Assembly (NCBI GenBank): GCA_904063045.1
Contig: CAJFCJ010000025.1
Location: 372,001 to 436,000, forward strand
Length of the DNA stretch: 64,000 nt
DNA from: Dimorphilus gyrociliatus
Taxonomy: Eukaryota > Animalia > Annelida
Direction: 5' to 3'
How positions within the stretch are numbered: position 1 is the first letter of the stretch; every line of letters starts with the position of its first letter. A program made the position numbers and the translations under genes. The notes under the pieces are model-generated. The model was not told the DNA's origin, searched no databases, and saw nothing but the letters and a program-made list of their open reading frames with translations. This document shows, piece after piece, positions 39,984-52,900 of this stretch.

Positions 39984-40041
39984 TATCGATATCGACAGGT
40001 CACCTAATTTCCGTTTCCTACACAGTGCAAGCGCATGCGCA
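39984..40041. promoter_or_regulatory. VCP promoter motifs: DRE-like TATCGATA (39984-39991) and NRF1/EWG-like GCGCATGCGCA (40031-40041)
   Basis: Exact motif matches 77-134 bp upstream of the VCP ATG. Confidence 0.5.
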
Positions 40042-41683
40042 AGTAGTCAGGACACTGCAAAATTTTTAAATTTCGAAATTACTTTTATTTTCTCTTTATG
40101 ACACTTATTAAAACAGAAATTATATCAGTATTATTTATTATATTTGTCCAATAGCGTTAAAACTTTAACTTTGTTTAAAATAAACAAGAAGTTATGTAAG
40201 AAATGAATAAATGAAGCATGAATAATTGTGATTGCACAATGGTATATAATATGCAGACACGTAGCCTATGTCTTACTGGTAAATAGTCACTCACTATATT
40301 TACATAAAATCGATAGCATACTTTATACACAGTATATGCCGTACAAGTTTTAATCAATAGGGTTTTAGGTTACTCAATTTCAAAGGCATTTTCGACAGAA
40401 AACTGAAAGATTTAGACTCAATGAATCTAACAGACACTGCTAGACGTATCGAAATTCTAGATGAATTTAACACATTTCACAATAATACTATCGAATAAAA
40501 GAACACATAAGAATTAGTGAAAGTTCAGAGATTATACGAATTTCCTATAAAATCAATAATATTAATCATAATTCATTGATAGAAGATAAGGTTTAACTCT
40601 ATTCCCCTGAATACGTATGAATATATTAAAATTCGGAAAGTAATGAAGATATGTTTACAGAAGAGAAAATTTAGATAAAACTCTTTGGGGAAGTAAAAAA
40701 TCAAGCCATCAGTGATTATGTATACAATCAAATGTTAAGGATGTTTGATGGAACATCAATCGAAAAAAGAATATACGTCATTAGGATAAATTTGACGTTT
40801 TAGATATAATTTCTTGGGTTTAACCATCTTTATATACCATTATTAGAAGAAGACTCTCATTTGTCAATTTTAGTATATTATCTAAGAGAATGTTCTATTT
40901 AAGATAACGTTAATTTATCATATTTCTCCGAGATAAATTGTAAACTAACAAGCTGTTAGTAGAATGTCATTATATGTATAATATGTTCTATTATAGAAAA
41001 AGATTCTTATCCCGCCTCTAAGACCGTTATTGAAAACGATAACAATCTTATTTCGAGAATTACTAAATACTAGGTAGAAAATTTTTTAATACTTCCGAGA
41101 AAAATCTCCACATGTATAGTAAATTACTATATATTCTTTGAAAAGCTCTAAGAAAGTCGTGGATTTTAGGCAAACTTCCGGTAAGCAATATAATATTTAA
41201 GGCGAATAACATATTAATACAAATTTCCGTTATTAGTTTCTCCAAAGATCATAATTCTATTGATAGTAAGGATTTACTGTTTTCTAGCAAAATGGATAAC
41301 GAAGACCTTTATTATTAGACCTCAAAGTTTTTATACAATACTTGACATTCTCCCTTACACAGTTTGTGGTAAACAGGAACAGTAGCCATTAATTATAAAG
41401 AACTCGTCTATTTGATATTTCCCTTCAATAAATTCTCTTTTATTTCATTAAGCGTTTGACCTAGAAATCCCTTCATAATATTACTATATGAAAGATTTTA
41501 GATTATGATTTTTTTAAACGTCTTCCAATTTGCCGGGTATCCTTCTTTATTATCTAAGATTGGTAGTATCACGTGATAATAGACCAAAAACCGGTGTTAC
41601 CGAAAAGGTGCTACGGCTTGATCGGTAACTTTCAATAATTGTATTTCCCTTAAAACGTCGTTAGAAAGAGTCTAAATTAGATC

Positions 41684-42630
41684 ATGTTTAAAACTGGGCG
41701 GTTAATAAAAAACTGCCTTAAAATATATTCTTCAAATCTTTGTCGAACGTTGAATATTTCGACGTTAAACCGAAATTTTCAACCTGCATTGAGCGATGAA
41801 GTTATTGATACAAATGATGAGAATACCTATAATATTTTATCGAATAATATGTTAATCTTTAAGGATTTTATAACGGTAGAGGAAGAAGATAATCTACTCA
41901 GAGAGTTAGAAGTTCACTTGAAGAGATTAAGATACGAATATGATCATTGGGATGATGTAAGAAAATAATAATAACAAAAAAAGAAAAACGGGACAAGGAA
42001 TTTTCAAATCTTCTCTTTCAGGCTATTCACGGTTATCGGGAAACTGAAAGGAAATCGTGGAAGAAAGAAAATCAAACCATTGTCGATAGAATAAGAAATG
42101 TTGCTTTTGAAGAAAATTCCAAACTTCTGCCTCTTGTGCACGTATTAGATTTATCAAAAGACGGATGGATAAAACCTCATGTTGATAGTGTTAAAGTAAA
42201 TATAACTTTGGAGGGAGGAAAAACACAAATCTAATTAGTAACTTAATTAATTAAATTTGTTATACAGTTTTGCGGTGATACGATAGCCGGAATATCGTTA
42301 TTATCATCAGCAGTGATGAGACTAATTAACGAAGGGGATAAAACAAAATTTGGCGATGTTCTTCTAGAAAGAAGATCATTGTACGTTATGAAGTAAGTAC
42401 TAAGAAAATAAGAAAGGAAAGGAAATAAAATTAAACTAGTTTTGCGGATGTATAAAGAGAATTTTGACAGTTAATTAACTAAGTGAATTTTTCTCTGTCG
42501 TTCCCGCAGAAAAAAGGCTCGCTATGACTACAGTCACGCAGTATTAAAAAATGAGGAATCACTTTTCAAAGGAAAACCAATAGAAAGAGAACGAAGGATA
42601 TCTGTGATTTGTAGGTCAGAACCTTGTTGA
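41684..42630 (+). CDS. ALKBH7: Alpha-ketoglutarate-dependent dioxygenase ALKBH7, mitochondrial, 4 exons
   Basis: Mitochondrial-type basic N-terminus, [11 protein letters not shown]|[18 protein letters not shown]|FCG (HxD), YSHA (His), RRISVICR. Confidence 0.95.
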
Positions 42631-42741
42631 TTATAATACTGATTATTAGAACTTTATTATTATTATTATCATTTTCTTTTCATTTGATACGTAAAATACT
42701 TAAAAAGATTCGAAAATTACAAATCATGTCTCTATGTAGTG

Positions 42742-45700
42742 TTAATGTGTTTCTATTGGCTCTAATCGTAATCCTGATGGCGGCCGGTCGTTGTTCCCAT
42801 AGAGTTCCATTTCCCTTAGTTGCGATCTTAATTTCGAAATTTCGTTTCTTTGCATATCGATTATTTTATTCTTGTCGGTAACTTCTAGTTCCAATTTGGT
42901 ATTTGGATTGTTGTCGAGGAGCTATATAGAAGGAAATTATTAGACAAACAATTAATTACTATTGTTTATAATTTCTTTACAAACCCTTGCAAGAGTTTCA
43001 GTAGCTTTAGCTTGATTAGTTTTCCTATGTAATCCTAAGGCTGCTTCCAAGTCGTGGACGTGAGAGCGAGCAATCTTCAACTCTTTTCGAAGATCGTTTA
43101 TTTCTTTGATTAGCGAGACATTTTCCTGCATAATTCTAACGTTATCAGCTTTATGAATTTCTGTATCCTTTACGAGTTTCTTCCTCAGGGATGCTACTGA
43201 ACGTTCTAAATGTTCTCTTTGACGGGCATACTCTTTTTGGATGTCAGCGTCAACGCTCGCCTCCGAAGTCTAATGAGTAAAATTTTTTTTTAACTTGTGA
43301 AAAGATAAGAAATAGTTTTAAGACACTTACGATGTCATCCTGTACGTGTTTTTTATATAGAGCTCTGATACTTTCGCCTAATAGCTTTGGATCTTGGATA
43401 TAGCCAACGCAATTATGTAAATCTGTTCTAAATCGTCTAACGACAGCTTCAACATCTCTGACTGTTTGACGTTCCTGATGCTTCTCCTTTTCAGTAGCCT
43501 TTAATTTTTGTTTTAATTCGCTAATGTTTAATTCTAGCTGGGTATTCTGCTTGTGGAATCTTTCCAATTCGCTTTCCATCTCTTGAATCTGTTCCTTTGA
43601 ATTTTTAATTTCCTTTTCGCGGGGTTCAATTTGTTTTTTAAGCTCTCTAATTTTATAATCCAAGACGAATTTAAACTTTTCTAATTCTTGATTTTTCTTT
43701 TTCAAATCGTAAATTCTCTTCTCTTTATCTTGAATAGTATCGTCTCTTTCTTGAATTTCTTTCTTCAGACCTTGGATATCTTTTTCTAATTGATGTATCA
43801 TGTTGTTGAGTTTTTGAATTTCTTGCTGATATTTCTTTATTTCTTCCTTATGATCTTCGATTTCTTTATTTAAGCTGGTAAACTTCTTTCTTAGAATACC
43901 TGTTTCAGCTTTCAACTTCATATTGTTGTCTTTCTCTTCCTTTAAGCGACGTTCATATCTATTTTTAATATCTAGGATCTCTCTATCAGCATCCTCCTCA
44001 ATTTGCCTCTTAGTTTCTTCGTATTCACGTTTTTGTTCTCTCATCTCGTCATTAGCAGTTTCCAACTTCTTGTTCATATCATTCAATTTGGCTTCGTAGA
44101 ATTCGGTCATCTCTTCCAGCTCTCTTTCTTTTTGCTCTTCCAGTTCCTAATTAATAATATTAACATTTAATAAATTAGTCTCCAATGAAAAATAGCTACA
44201 AGTGTAAAATAATCACAAACTTACGTGTAATTGTCTTTCGTAATCTTCCTGCATCTTTTGACTCTTCGTTTGTAATTCTTGATATTTTTCGTATTCGAGC
44301 ATCAACTTTTGATTGTTTGCAGATTCTGACAGAAAAGAATAAACAAATAAATAAATAATTAAATAAGACTTATTTGAATTAGTTATACCTAAATCTTGGA
44401 CTTCTTTACTGTGCCTTTCAATTATGTCGCTAACATCGTCTTCATGCTTTTGTTCTTGTTTCTCTTTCTCAGTTTTTAGAACTTGATTTTTGGTTTTCAG
44501 AGATTCCATTTCCTGAATAAACTTCTCAGTAAGTTCTTTTATCTTCTCGTTATAATTCATATCTTTCAATCTCATCTGATAGTCATTTTCCATCATTAAT
44601 TCGTCTACTCTTGTTTTCAATTCAGCCATATTTGAGTTCTTTTCTTCTAAATCCGACTTTGTTATCAGGATTTCTTCAGCATATCCAATATCTTTATCCG
44701 CTCGTTTTTGAGCTCTACCTTCCCTGTCTTGTATCTTCCATATCATTACGCATGAATCATCCGAGATAGTAATTAACTGCTGATCGTCGTGAGTAACTTT
44801 CATCTTAACAATCTGAGAAGAATGACCGGTGTATTCAATCCATTCTCCAGGTGTCGTCACAGGAAACTTGATAGATCTTAAGGCTCCGTTATGCATGCCG
44901 GTGAAAAGCATTCTACCTGAATGTGACATAGCAACAGATGTGAATGTTGCATTATCTTTGGCATCAATTTCTCTGAGTACTTGACAGTCCGAAATTTCCT
45001 TAAGAGTTTTATCAGACCCTACAGCGTAATATGTCTTCCCTTCTGGACTCAGAGCAACGCCTGTATAGTGATTTGATTTAAGAACACTCTCTCCAGGTCT
45101 CTTTCCTGTGTAAGTTTCCCATTCGTAAACTGCGCCATCAATACCACAAGACACAATTCTACTGTCGTCCTGACTCCAGACAACAGCTTTTACTTTTCCA
45201 TTATGGCCCTTTAGATTTTGTACCGTTTCAAAAGTAGTTGTTGAATAAACTTGTATTATGTTCCCATGGACAGCGGCGAATAAATGACCTCCATTAGAGA
45301 AAGAGCACTGAAAATGTAGATAATGTTTCAGTTTTAAAAGAGACGTCATTCAGTTTGTTTGAACTCAGAATACTTTTCATTTAACAATGGAGGCTATTTG
45401 CTTTTAAAAAGCCGTCTAAAAATCCACCCGCATATAAGGGTATTTTAGCTAAGGGTCAATAGTACTCAAAAGAAGACTAGACTGTTGTTTACTCTTACTA
45501 TTATTATTCCTATGATTAATTAACCAAAAACATACTAATTTACCAAATTTAATTAAAGTGTTAAATCGAAAATCCTATCTGTCAATATTTTATTTTAAAA
45601 GAACTTTATATAATTTAATCGAATAAATGCTTCTTACCTCTCGACATCCTCTAATTGTAAATTCTTTAAATGGGCGGATATCATCAATAAGAAGATTCAT

Positions 45701-48700
45701 CAGTCTCAGCTTATCGCTAAAACCAACAAGAATGTAGAGTCCACTAGGATGCAGAGCAATTGAATAAGCTTCTTCCGGAAATTCCTTATATAATTCTATA
45801 TTATTTGTTTCGAAATTCCAAACCCTTATAGAGTGATCGAGGGAACAAGTGGCTATTAGCGGTTTTCTTATGCAAACATCCAAACCAGTCACTTGACCGT
45901 GATGGAAAGACTGCGCAAGGAATTCGAACTTGCCATATTCCCCTTTACCCAATTCAGTTGACGAAAGAGCAATGGAAAAACTCTGACCTTGATCCGTAAT
46001 ACAAACTAAACTTTCCTCTGATGGACTTATTGCCAAGGCTGTTATTGTTTGCGCTGCGTTTTTAGCTGGATCGATTGTATTTTGATCTTCCGGAATCTGT
46101 TTTCAAAATGTATTTAATTACCTAAGATTTATCTAACCTTGTCTCATTCATCATTTTGCTATTAATTACTCTTTAAATACAACTATTCCTCTCTTTCGTT
46201 TCTTATTTATAGTCTCACTTTTCAATAAATATATATTCATTAAGATAAAATTAGAATTCTTAGAACACTTTATGAAAGAAAGACTTAACAAGGTGACGCT
46301 AGATGCCTTTGATGTAATCTCTGTAAGACTAATGGATTACAACCTTTTAATGGATTTTACAGATTATTATAAAATACTTTTAAAAATAGATGGCGCTGTG
46401 TGTATTTTCCTTGGAATAGGCTTTCTTGTACTCTTACTATCCTCCAACAAATAGCACAAAGCATCGCCTCTTTAAAGTAGTTTAAGAAGGAATTTAAACA
46501 TGATTTTCACAAGGCTAATTGAATATTCAAAGTCTAAATAGATGTATTTAATATAGTTTAATAGGGCTATAAAATAAATGATTGAAAAAACTACGTCTAT
46601 TCAAGAGCAGTTAATTTGGAAATAGCAATGCTTATAAAATATTCTCAAAAGTGATAAAATTTACCTAAATTTATTTTATGACTAAAATAATGGCTTTCAT
46701 TTACATTAACGCATCATAATAGACCATTTGGAGATTTCAATACAAAATAAATTATCCGTATAAATGGTATTATACGTGTTTTATGATTGAGAAAAGAACC
46801 ATTTGAAATCTTGATATTATTCTCATGTGAAAATATACATATGTATATATATATAACATAATTAACTGAGCTAATAAATTTCTTCTGTTTGCGCAAAGAA
46901 ACTTACCCTAACTTCTCTGGTTTTTTTGAAAACTTCTTTTTCTTCGCTCTTTTCAAAGATAAACACTCTTCCAGGGCCCACTGTACAGGCAAAACCTTTT
47001 GAAAAGGCGGCGATAGCTGTAACATTCACGGACGCATCGAAAGATTGTTCATCCGAAATTGTCGTCATTGTTTTCTCTCTTTCCAAATCGCTCTTTTCTC
47101 TGTCTAACTTGATTAGATCAGCAAGATTAATTTCACTTTTAACTTCTCCAGCTTCAAAAATTAGTAGCCTGATGTAAAAAGAAATAAATAGTTTTTTATT
47201 TAATATAAAAAAGGGGGCTATTAATTATTACAGACTTTCCGCTGTCCGTTCCAACTACTACTCTTTCATCCGAAACCCAGGCTTGGCATAAATAATTTTG
47301 TTCCGCTTTTTGAAAAGCGAACTGTTTCAAGGTCGTTTCACTATACCTAAATAGTTTAAAGATTGCATTGCCAGTCGCGCATATTTGCGTATTATCTTGT
47401 GGATTAAACGTCACTTGGTAGACAGGCAATGATCCCCTTGGATCCGAAGTCTTGGTAGATGCCATTACTCGTGACTTTTCCCAAGTCCAATACAAAAGAG
47501 TCCAATCCGGCTTACCTCCCTGCGTAATTAAGTACTTTGAATCTGGTGAGAAGGAAACGCTAACAAATTCTGAGCTCTGAACTTCGGGTGACGTTAGAAC
47601 TTTCCTTTTTCTTAAAGAGTGTAGATCGTAAATTGTAACGGTCGCTTTTCCAGCGTGCCTTTCAGCCAAGGCTATATATCGCCTATTTGGAGAAACTGCC
47701 ATGGCTGTAAGAGCTTCAACTTTATCGGAGCCTGGAAGATAAATAGGATTTTCTGTAATTATCGTAGCAATGAAATCATGATATAATTGATAAAGAGAAA
47801 GATCTATTTTTAGATATTTTCATCTCTGTAAGAGGTCAGCCCCGATGATTTTATTATAGGAATTAGGGCATAATTATTCACAATTGGGTTGACCACCTGT
47901 AATTTAAAACTCTTCCACTTGAAAATCTCATTCTCCTTTTCATTTAATGATTCATAACATTATAAATAAATTCCCTTATTCTTTTGATAAAATTCCAACT
48001 AAACGCTTACTCTACCCACCTCCCAATTTAATAGCCTAAGATGGATAGCGCTGTTTCCCTAGCAACAGACAACGTATGTTTCTTAGTTTAACGCGTAGCT
48101 TTAGATCTTTTTCTAATTAAAACTTAACGAAACATATTTATCAACATCTTAAGTTACAATCAAAATAAATTGTTATGTCTTAAACAAAAAGAAAAAAAAA
48201 AGATGAGAATGTAAAGAAACAATAAATAAAACAAAGAAAAGAGGGAATTGAACCAAATTTGACAGCTTGTAATATTGTTAAAATGTCGAATTGTCAGTAA
48301 ATTTGTTTTTTAAAACAAAAAAGGATATAGGTTAAAAAAAGTTTGCAAGATTTATTTGGTTAAGACAGAGTATTTTGTACTTCAATGTCACATAACAAGA
48401 AAAAAAACCTATTTGGTTTCTTTCATACAATAGAATAATGCTATTAAGAAATTATTTGTTCTCCAAGGCTAATAATCTTTCCTATCTTTATCTCTTTAGC
48501 TCTCTCTCTCTCTCGCTCGCTCTCTGTGGATTTTTACAATTTGGTGGTCTACTTACTTTTGATGGAGATAAACAGAGTATCGAATCACTTATTTTTACAA
48601 TACAACCTTTTAAAACCTTGTACATATATCAATGTAATTGTTTAGGTTATTAACTTATTGTCTTTGCCTTGTTTTTCCTAAATTACCTTACATCTTAATT

Positions 48701-49089
48701 TAATTAATTAAAAAAAATATTGATTTATTCTCGTAATTGTTTCTTTATTGGTGTTATTTATGTTTATGTTATAATATTGTCATAGAATTTTTATGCAAAT
48801 ACTTAAACTTTTTCAAAGAGTATATAACTACTTATGAATTGACAGTTTGCCAAGAAAAGTTGTCTAAAACGAATTTTAGTATTATGTATTGGTTTACTAT
48901 ATATTTCGAAATGTCTAAAATAGACAAACCTGGAGGTATGAATTTTTGTATCTTCTGATCCATATTATACATAATAGTATTGGATCCTGCCGGATAAACA
49001 ACTGTTTGTTCATCATGATAGGCAATACTATTAGAGACGTTTCGTCGCAAGCCGAAAATATGCTTTTGAGTACACACTGCAATCGACAT
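42742..49089 (-). CDS. CFAP57: Cilia- and flagella-associated protein 57 (WDR65), WD40 repeats plus coiled coil, multi-exon
   Basis: [15 protein letters not shown]...QKIQKFIPP|GSDK...[74 protein letters not shown]. All introns traced are GT-AG. Confidence 0.96.
48053..48066. promoter_or_regulatory. RFX X-box-like site in CFAP57 intron 1
   Basis: GTTTCCCTAGCAAC. Confidence 0.45.
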
Positions 49090-49142
49090 CTTTAACAACT
49101 TATCTTCCCTTTCCAATACACGGCTTGTTGTTATTGTCCAAT

Positions 49143-49157
49143 GTTACCATTAGCAAC
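49143..49157. promoter_or_regulatory. RFX X-box in the CFAP57 proximal promoter
   Basis: GTTACC-ATT-AGCAAC fits GTNRCC(N0-3)RGYAAC, 54 bp upstream of the ATG of a motile-cilia gene. Confidence 0.7.
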
Positions 49158-49904
49158 GGGAATCTTCGCTACCCACAATTCCGTTTAAAAATAGTTCCAC
49201 TTGAAAAAGACTAATTCTTAAATTGTTATTTTAAAGTAAAATTATATTTTTAATTTTTATTAAATTTTCTAAAAATTAAGAATAAATCATTTCAAAATAA
49301 AGCGGATTAACTGTCAAAATGGGTGAAAAAATAGTTCCTGATAAAATTAATACTTTTAAATAAAAATAAAAAAAAATGAATAAAATAATAATTGTAATCG
49401 TTGATTTTACTACTAAAATTTTACATAGACACCTATGAAAGAAGATATTTTAAAAATTTTTTAGGAAAATCTCCGGGACTCTTCCGTCGTCCGCGTAGGA
49501 ATAAAGGTGTAGTTTTCCCTCGATGCTCGAGATAGCAAAATGGAAGTGTGGCGCTTGTTCGTTACGAACTTTACGAAATTGAACTTAATCCGGATTTAAA
49601 ATTATTTAGAAAAGGAATTAACTAATCCAATAATCTGCCAGATCATCGATCAAACCGGAAAAGGATTATCGATCATTAGGTGGCTGAAAGGATTCTCGCA
49701 TTTAGTGTAAGTTTTCGCGCGGTGCATTTAAGGACCGTTAATAAGGACGAGTTTCACTCAGATCGCGTAATTATTTGTTCATCATTGCATGGAAGAATAA
49801 AAATATTTGATGATTGTATAATTTGCATACAAAGACTGATTAAAATAATGAATAATAGTTGCGAAATGATTCAAATTCGTTCTTTGTTTTCAGCGTTTCG
49901 AGAA

Positions 49905-52900
49905 ATGAACGTCGGTCAAGATAAGGAGCTTAACGATCTTCTGGATTTCAGTGCGGTTAGTATTCTGAGTATTTAGCAGTCATGTGAACAAAAAAAAATA
50001 AGATAGTAAGTAACAAGAGAAAAACAACATAGTTAACCAAAGAACGAGCTGTTTGAGAAATCTAAAAGACGGTGAGAAATCGAGAGGTCAAGTTATGGTT
50101 ATCATAAAATACAAATTAGTATTGTTGCATTAATTTATGTTAATGTTATTCAAAACGCCTGAGAAATTTAGTATTAATAGGAAACATTTGAAATGTTTAA
50201 CAAATTAAAGTTCCTATTCGAGAAGTTTTTGACTTATTAAAGTTTGGCCAAGAAAAAAAAGAATAGAATGTTTACTCTAACAATTTATTATTATAAACTA
50301 TGATAAATGAAGTTTTTAAAGTAATAAACTATAATTATTCATCCTTATATAGTAATTTTTTTTTTTAATTTATTGAATATACATAACACTTAGAATAATT
50401 CAAGATGCTCTATTTTTTTAAAACACACCATTATATCCTTCATTATACATTATTCAAAGACTTGAACAAATTTTACACTGACTAACATATTAGGGCAATT
50501 AGTTAAGATGTAAAAGTTAACAGATGAAATTCTAACGATAAGTTAACAGATTAATGTAAATTACATCAACAAACGATCAATTTACATCTGTTTATGGATA
50601 TTTTACATTCGAATGACATTACATTTTTTTTAAATACTACAACTATTTATTTTCTTTTATTCTTATTAGCAGTATAAAAGTATTAAAATATCTTTTAATG
50701 AATTTATTTTTAGGTCAAAGGTTAATTCTTAGATAAATAGAATTTATTTTTTTCCTTTTGGATAAAAAGATGAAATAATAGAATTATGTGTAGTGTGAGG
50801 GGAAATCAACAGGGAGGTTGTAAGTGTCTTTTACCGTTTCGCTTTTATTGATGCCATTCTTGGCTTGTTATACAATATATTTTAGTAGTATTTAATAACT
50901 TAACCGCAACGTAAAATACCAATGTTAACAGCAATAAAATGAAATAAACAATAAAGTCAAAAAATTCATAGCCAATTGTTAAGGTTATAGGTTAATACTT
51001 GCTATGTCTGCCACACAATTTATAATAGTAGTCGTAACGGCTTGAAAGACGTCTTTTACGCTTTAATCAATCGTTTAAGGTGAAAACATTGAAGGATTTC
51101 TGTCTCGTCTCTTTCTCACTGTCTATCGTTCATCTTAAGATGTCTGAGTAAGACGTTTGCAATGTGTATAAAAAACGATTCGGCAGTTATTAACGGTCCG
51201 GTTAGGGGATGACCGCTGGTCAAGAAACCAGGGTTAGGTTATAGGTTAATGTATACTACATCTGGCCGTGAAGAAAATGTAATTTTAATCGAATTTCAGA
51301 TGTTCTCACCACCCGTTCGATCTTCAAACAGTAACGTCGAAACGACGTCCTACAGACACGGTTAGTGAAAATTTTTTTATACCATTCTTGAGATTCGTAA
51401 AAGAATGTGTGTGTATATATATAAATATATAAAAAAGATAGATATTATCAATAAACTTAGAATAAAACGGAAAGAGAGGTGATAATAATATAAAGTATAA
51501 AAGTTGAGCAAAAAAAAAATGCGATAAAAGATAAGGAAATGGGAACAGAAATAAAGTGAACTTATACTCTTGTTTTATTCGAGGCGGAAAGAAGTAAAAA
51601 TTGAGCCCTGTGATTAGTAGTAAGTCGAGGCGGAAAGAGTAATGATATTTACCGCAACAGTCACTTCTTAGCTGCCCAATTGATCTTACCGCCCGGTAAA
51701 ACGTTGCTATGGTGACGGATATCTATCAAAAGGCGTTTCTTACGGGCGTCTAAGAGGCGATTATGCAATATTTACTGGGGCGTCTACTTTTCTATTTTTC
51801 GAGGCTTCTTACATAAGCTACGCTGCTGGCGTTTTTTCAGGAAGCGGGTAAGATATAATAGAGGTGGAGATAGGGAAGGGGGTAAATGGAAAAACGAACG
51901 TTAGTTCGTATGTTTTTTGAAAGAATTACTTTAAACGACTGGTGATCTCTTATTGCTTAGTTAAGTGTGTTTTGGGGATTTTATATATTTTTTATACTGT
52001 CTACAATCGGACTATTTGTATATTGTTACTCGTAAAAGTAGGAAGAGGAAAGTATCTCGGAGGAAATAAAATAGCCTTTTCTTCTATTTTACTTTTTCCT
52101 TTTTCTTACAAAGATTTTTTTGGGGAAAAAGCGAAAATTGATTTTTTCCTTCTTAACTTTTTTTTATTCGACTATCCCATTCTTGGCAACAGGAGTACCA
52201 AGTGCGGTTCTATTATAGATCTATCTTTAACGGATTTGTTTACTGAATGACTTTTGTACCTTGTGAAAAAATCTTTCACGTCCTCGTCTTCCAAGCTCTC
52301 AATCTCTGTGTATCTCTCTTTTTCTGCCTTTTCTTCGAACAATAAACTCTGTACCTTTAGCAAGATCAATTTGGGAAATTAATTACGCGTCTTGTCATTT
52401 CCATGTGTTATTGTAGTTATAGCATACTTTTTTATGTTATTGAATAAAGAAGAGAGTATATAGCATTAATTGCTAACCTTATCAAATAATAGTTATCAGA
52501 ATAGCTTATTTTAGGACTACTCGCTCATTTTTTATTTAAAAATTACGTAGTTTTCTTAAAAGATGTTGTTGAATTTTTATATAAAAGCATTAACTACATA
52601 GTTAAGTTTTTTATTATTATTTATGAGAATAGTGAAAGGTTAACTTATTAGAATTCATTGTGTGTTTTTGCGCGCGCATTTTATGTAAATTTGTAGCTAA
52701 TTACTCGTAACTAAAGAACACTACGTAGGAATATTCTTTAGGGAGGTTTGAAAAAAGAGTAGGATTGTAAATCATGTATAAATAGGTAAAAAAAAACTTT
52801 ACCCATCCGTCTACTAAATCGTGTAATAACCGACCGCAACCTACGTAAGGTTATCTAGAGAAAATGTATCGTTGCGGAACATTCGTACCGCCAATTGAAA

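Noticed and set aside
40495-41220. Plus-strand frame interrupted mostly by TAA/TAG, suggesting stop-codon reassignment
   Set aside because: Stop density is close to random expectation for this AT content, a TGA is also present, and the real genes here end in TAA, TAG and TGA under the standard code.
48555-48630. Minus-strand GTAAGT donor with an upstream ATG in CFAP57 intron 1
   Set aside because: Phase 0, but the next CFAP57 exon needs phase 1; no other support.
49680-49976. 98-aa ORF as a stand-alone gene
   Set aside because: Only codons 49905-49955 are real (E-protein exon 2); the rest is intron or UTR read-through.
51202-51247. Telomere-like TTAGGG/GGTTAG words
   Set aside because: Isolated degenerate copies, no tandem array.
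52172-52369. Glu/Lys-rich minus-strand ORF as a nested gene
   Set aside because: Composition follows from a pyrimidine-rich plus strand; no in-frame ATG exon and no motif.
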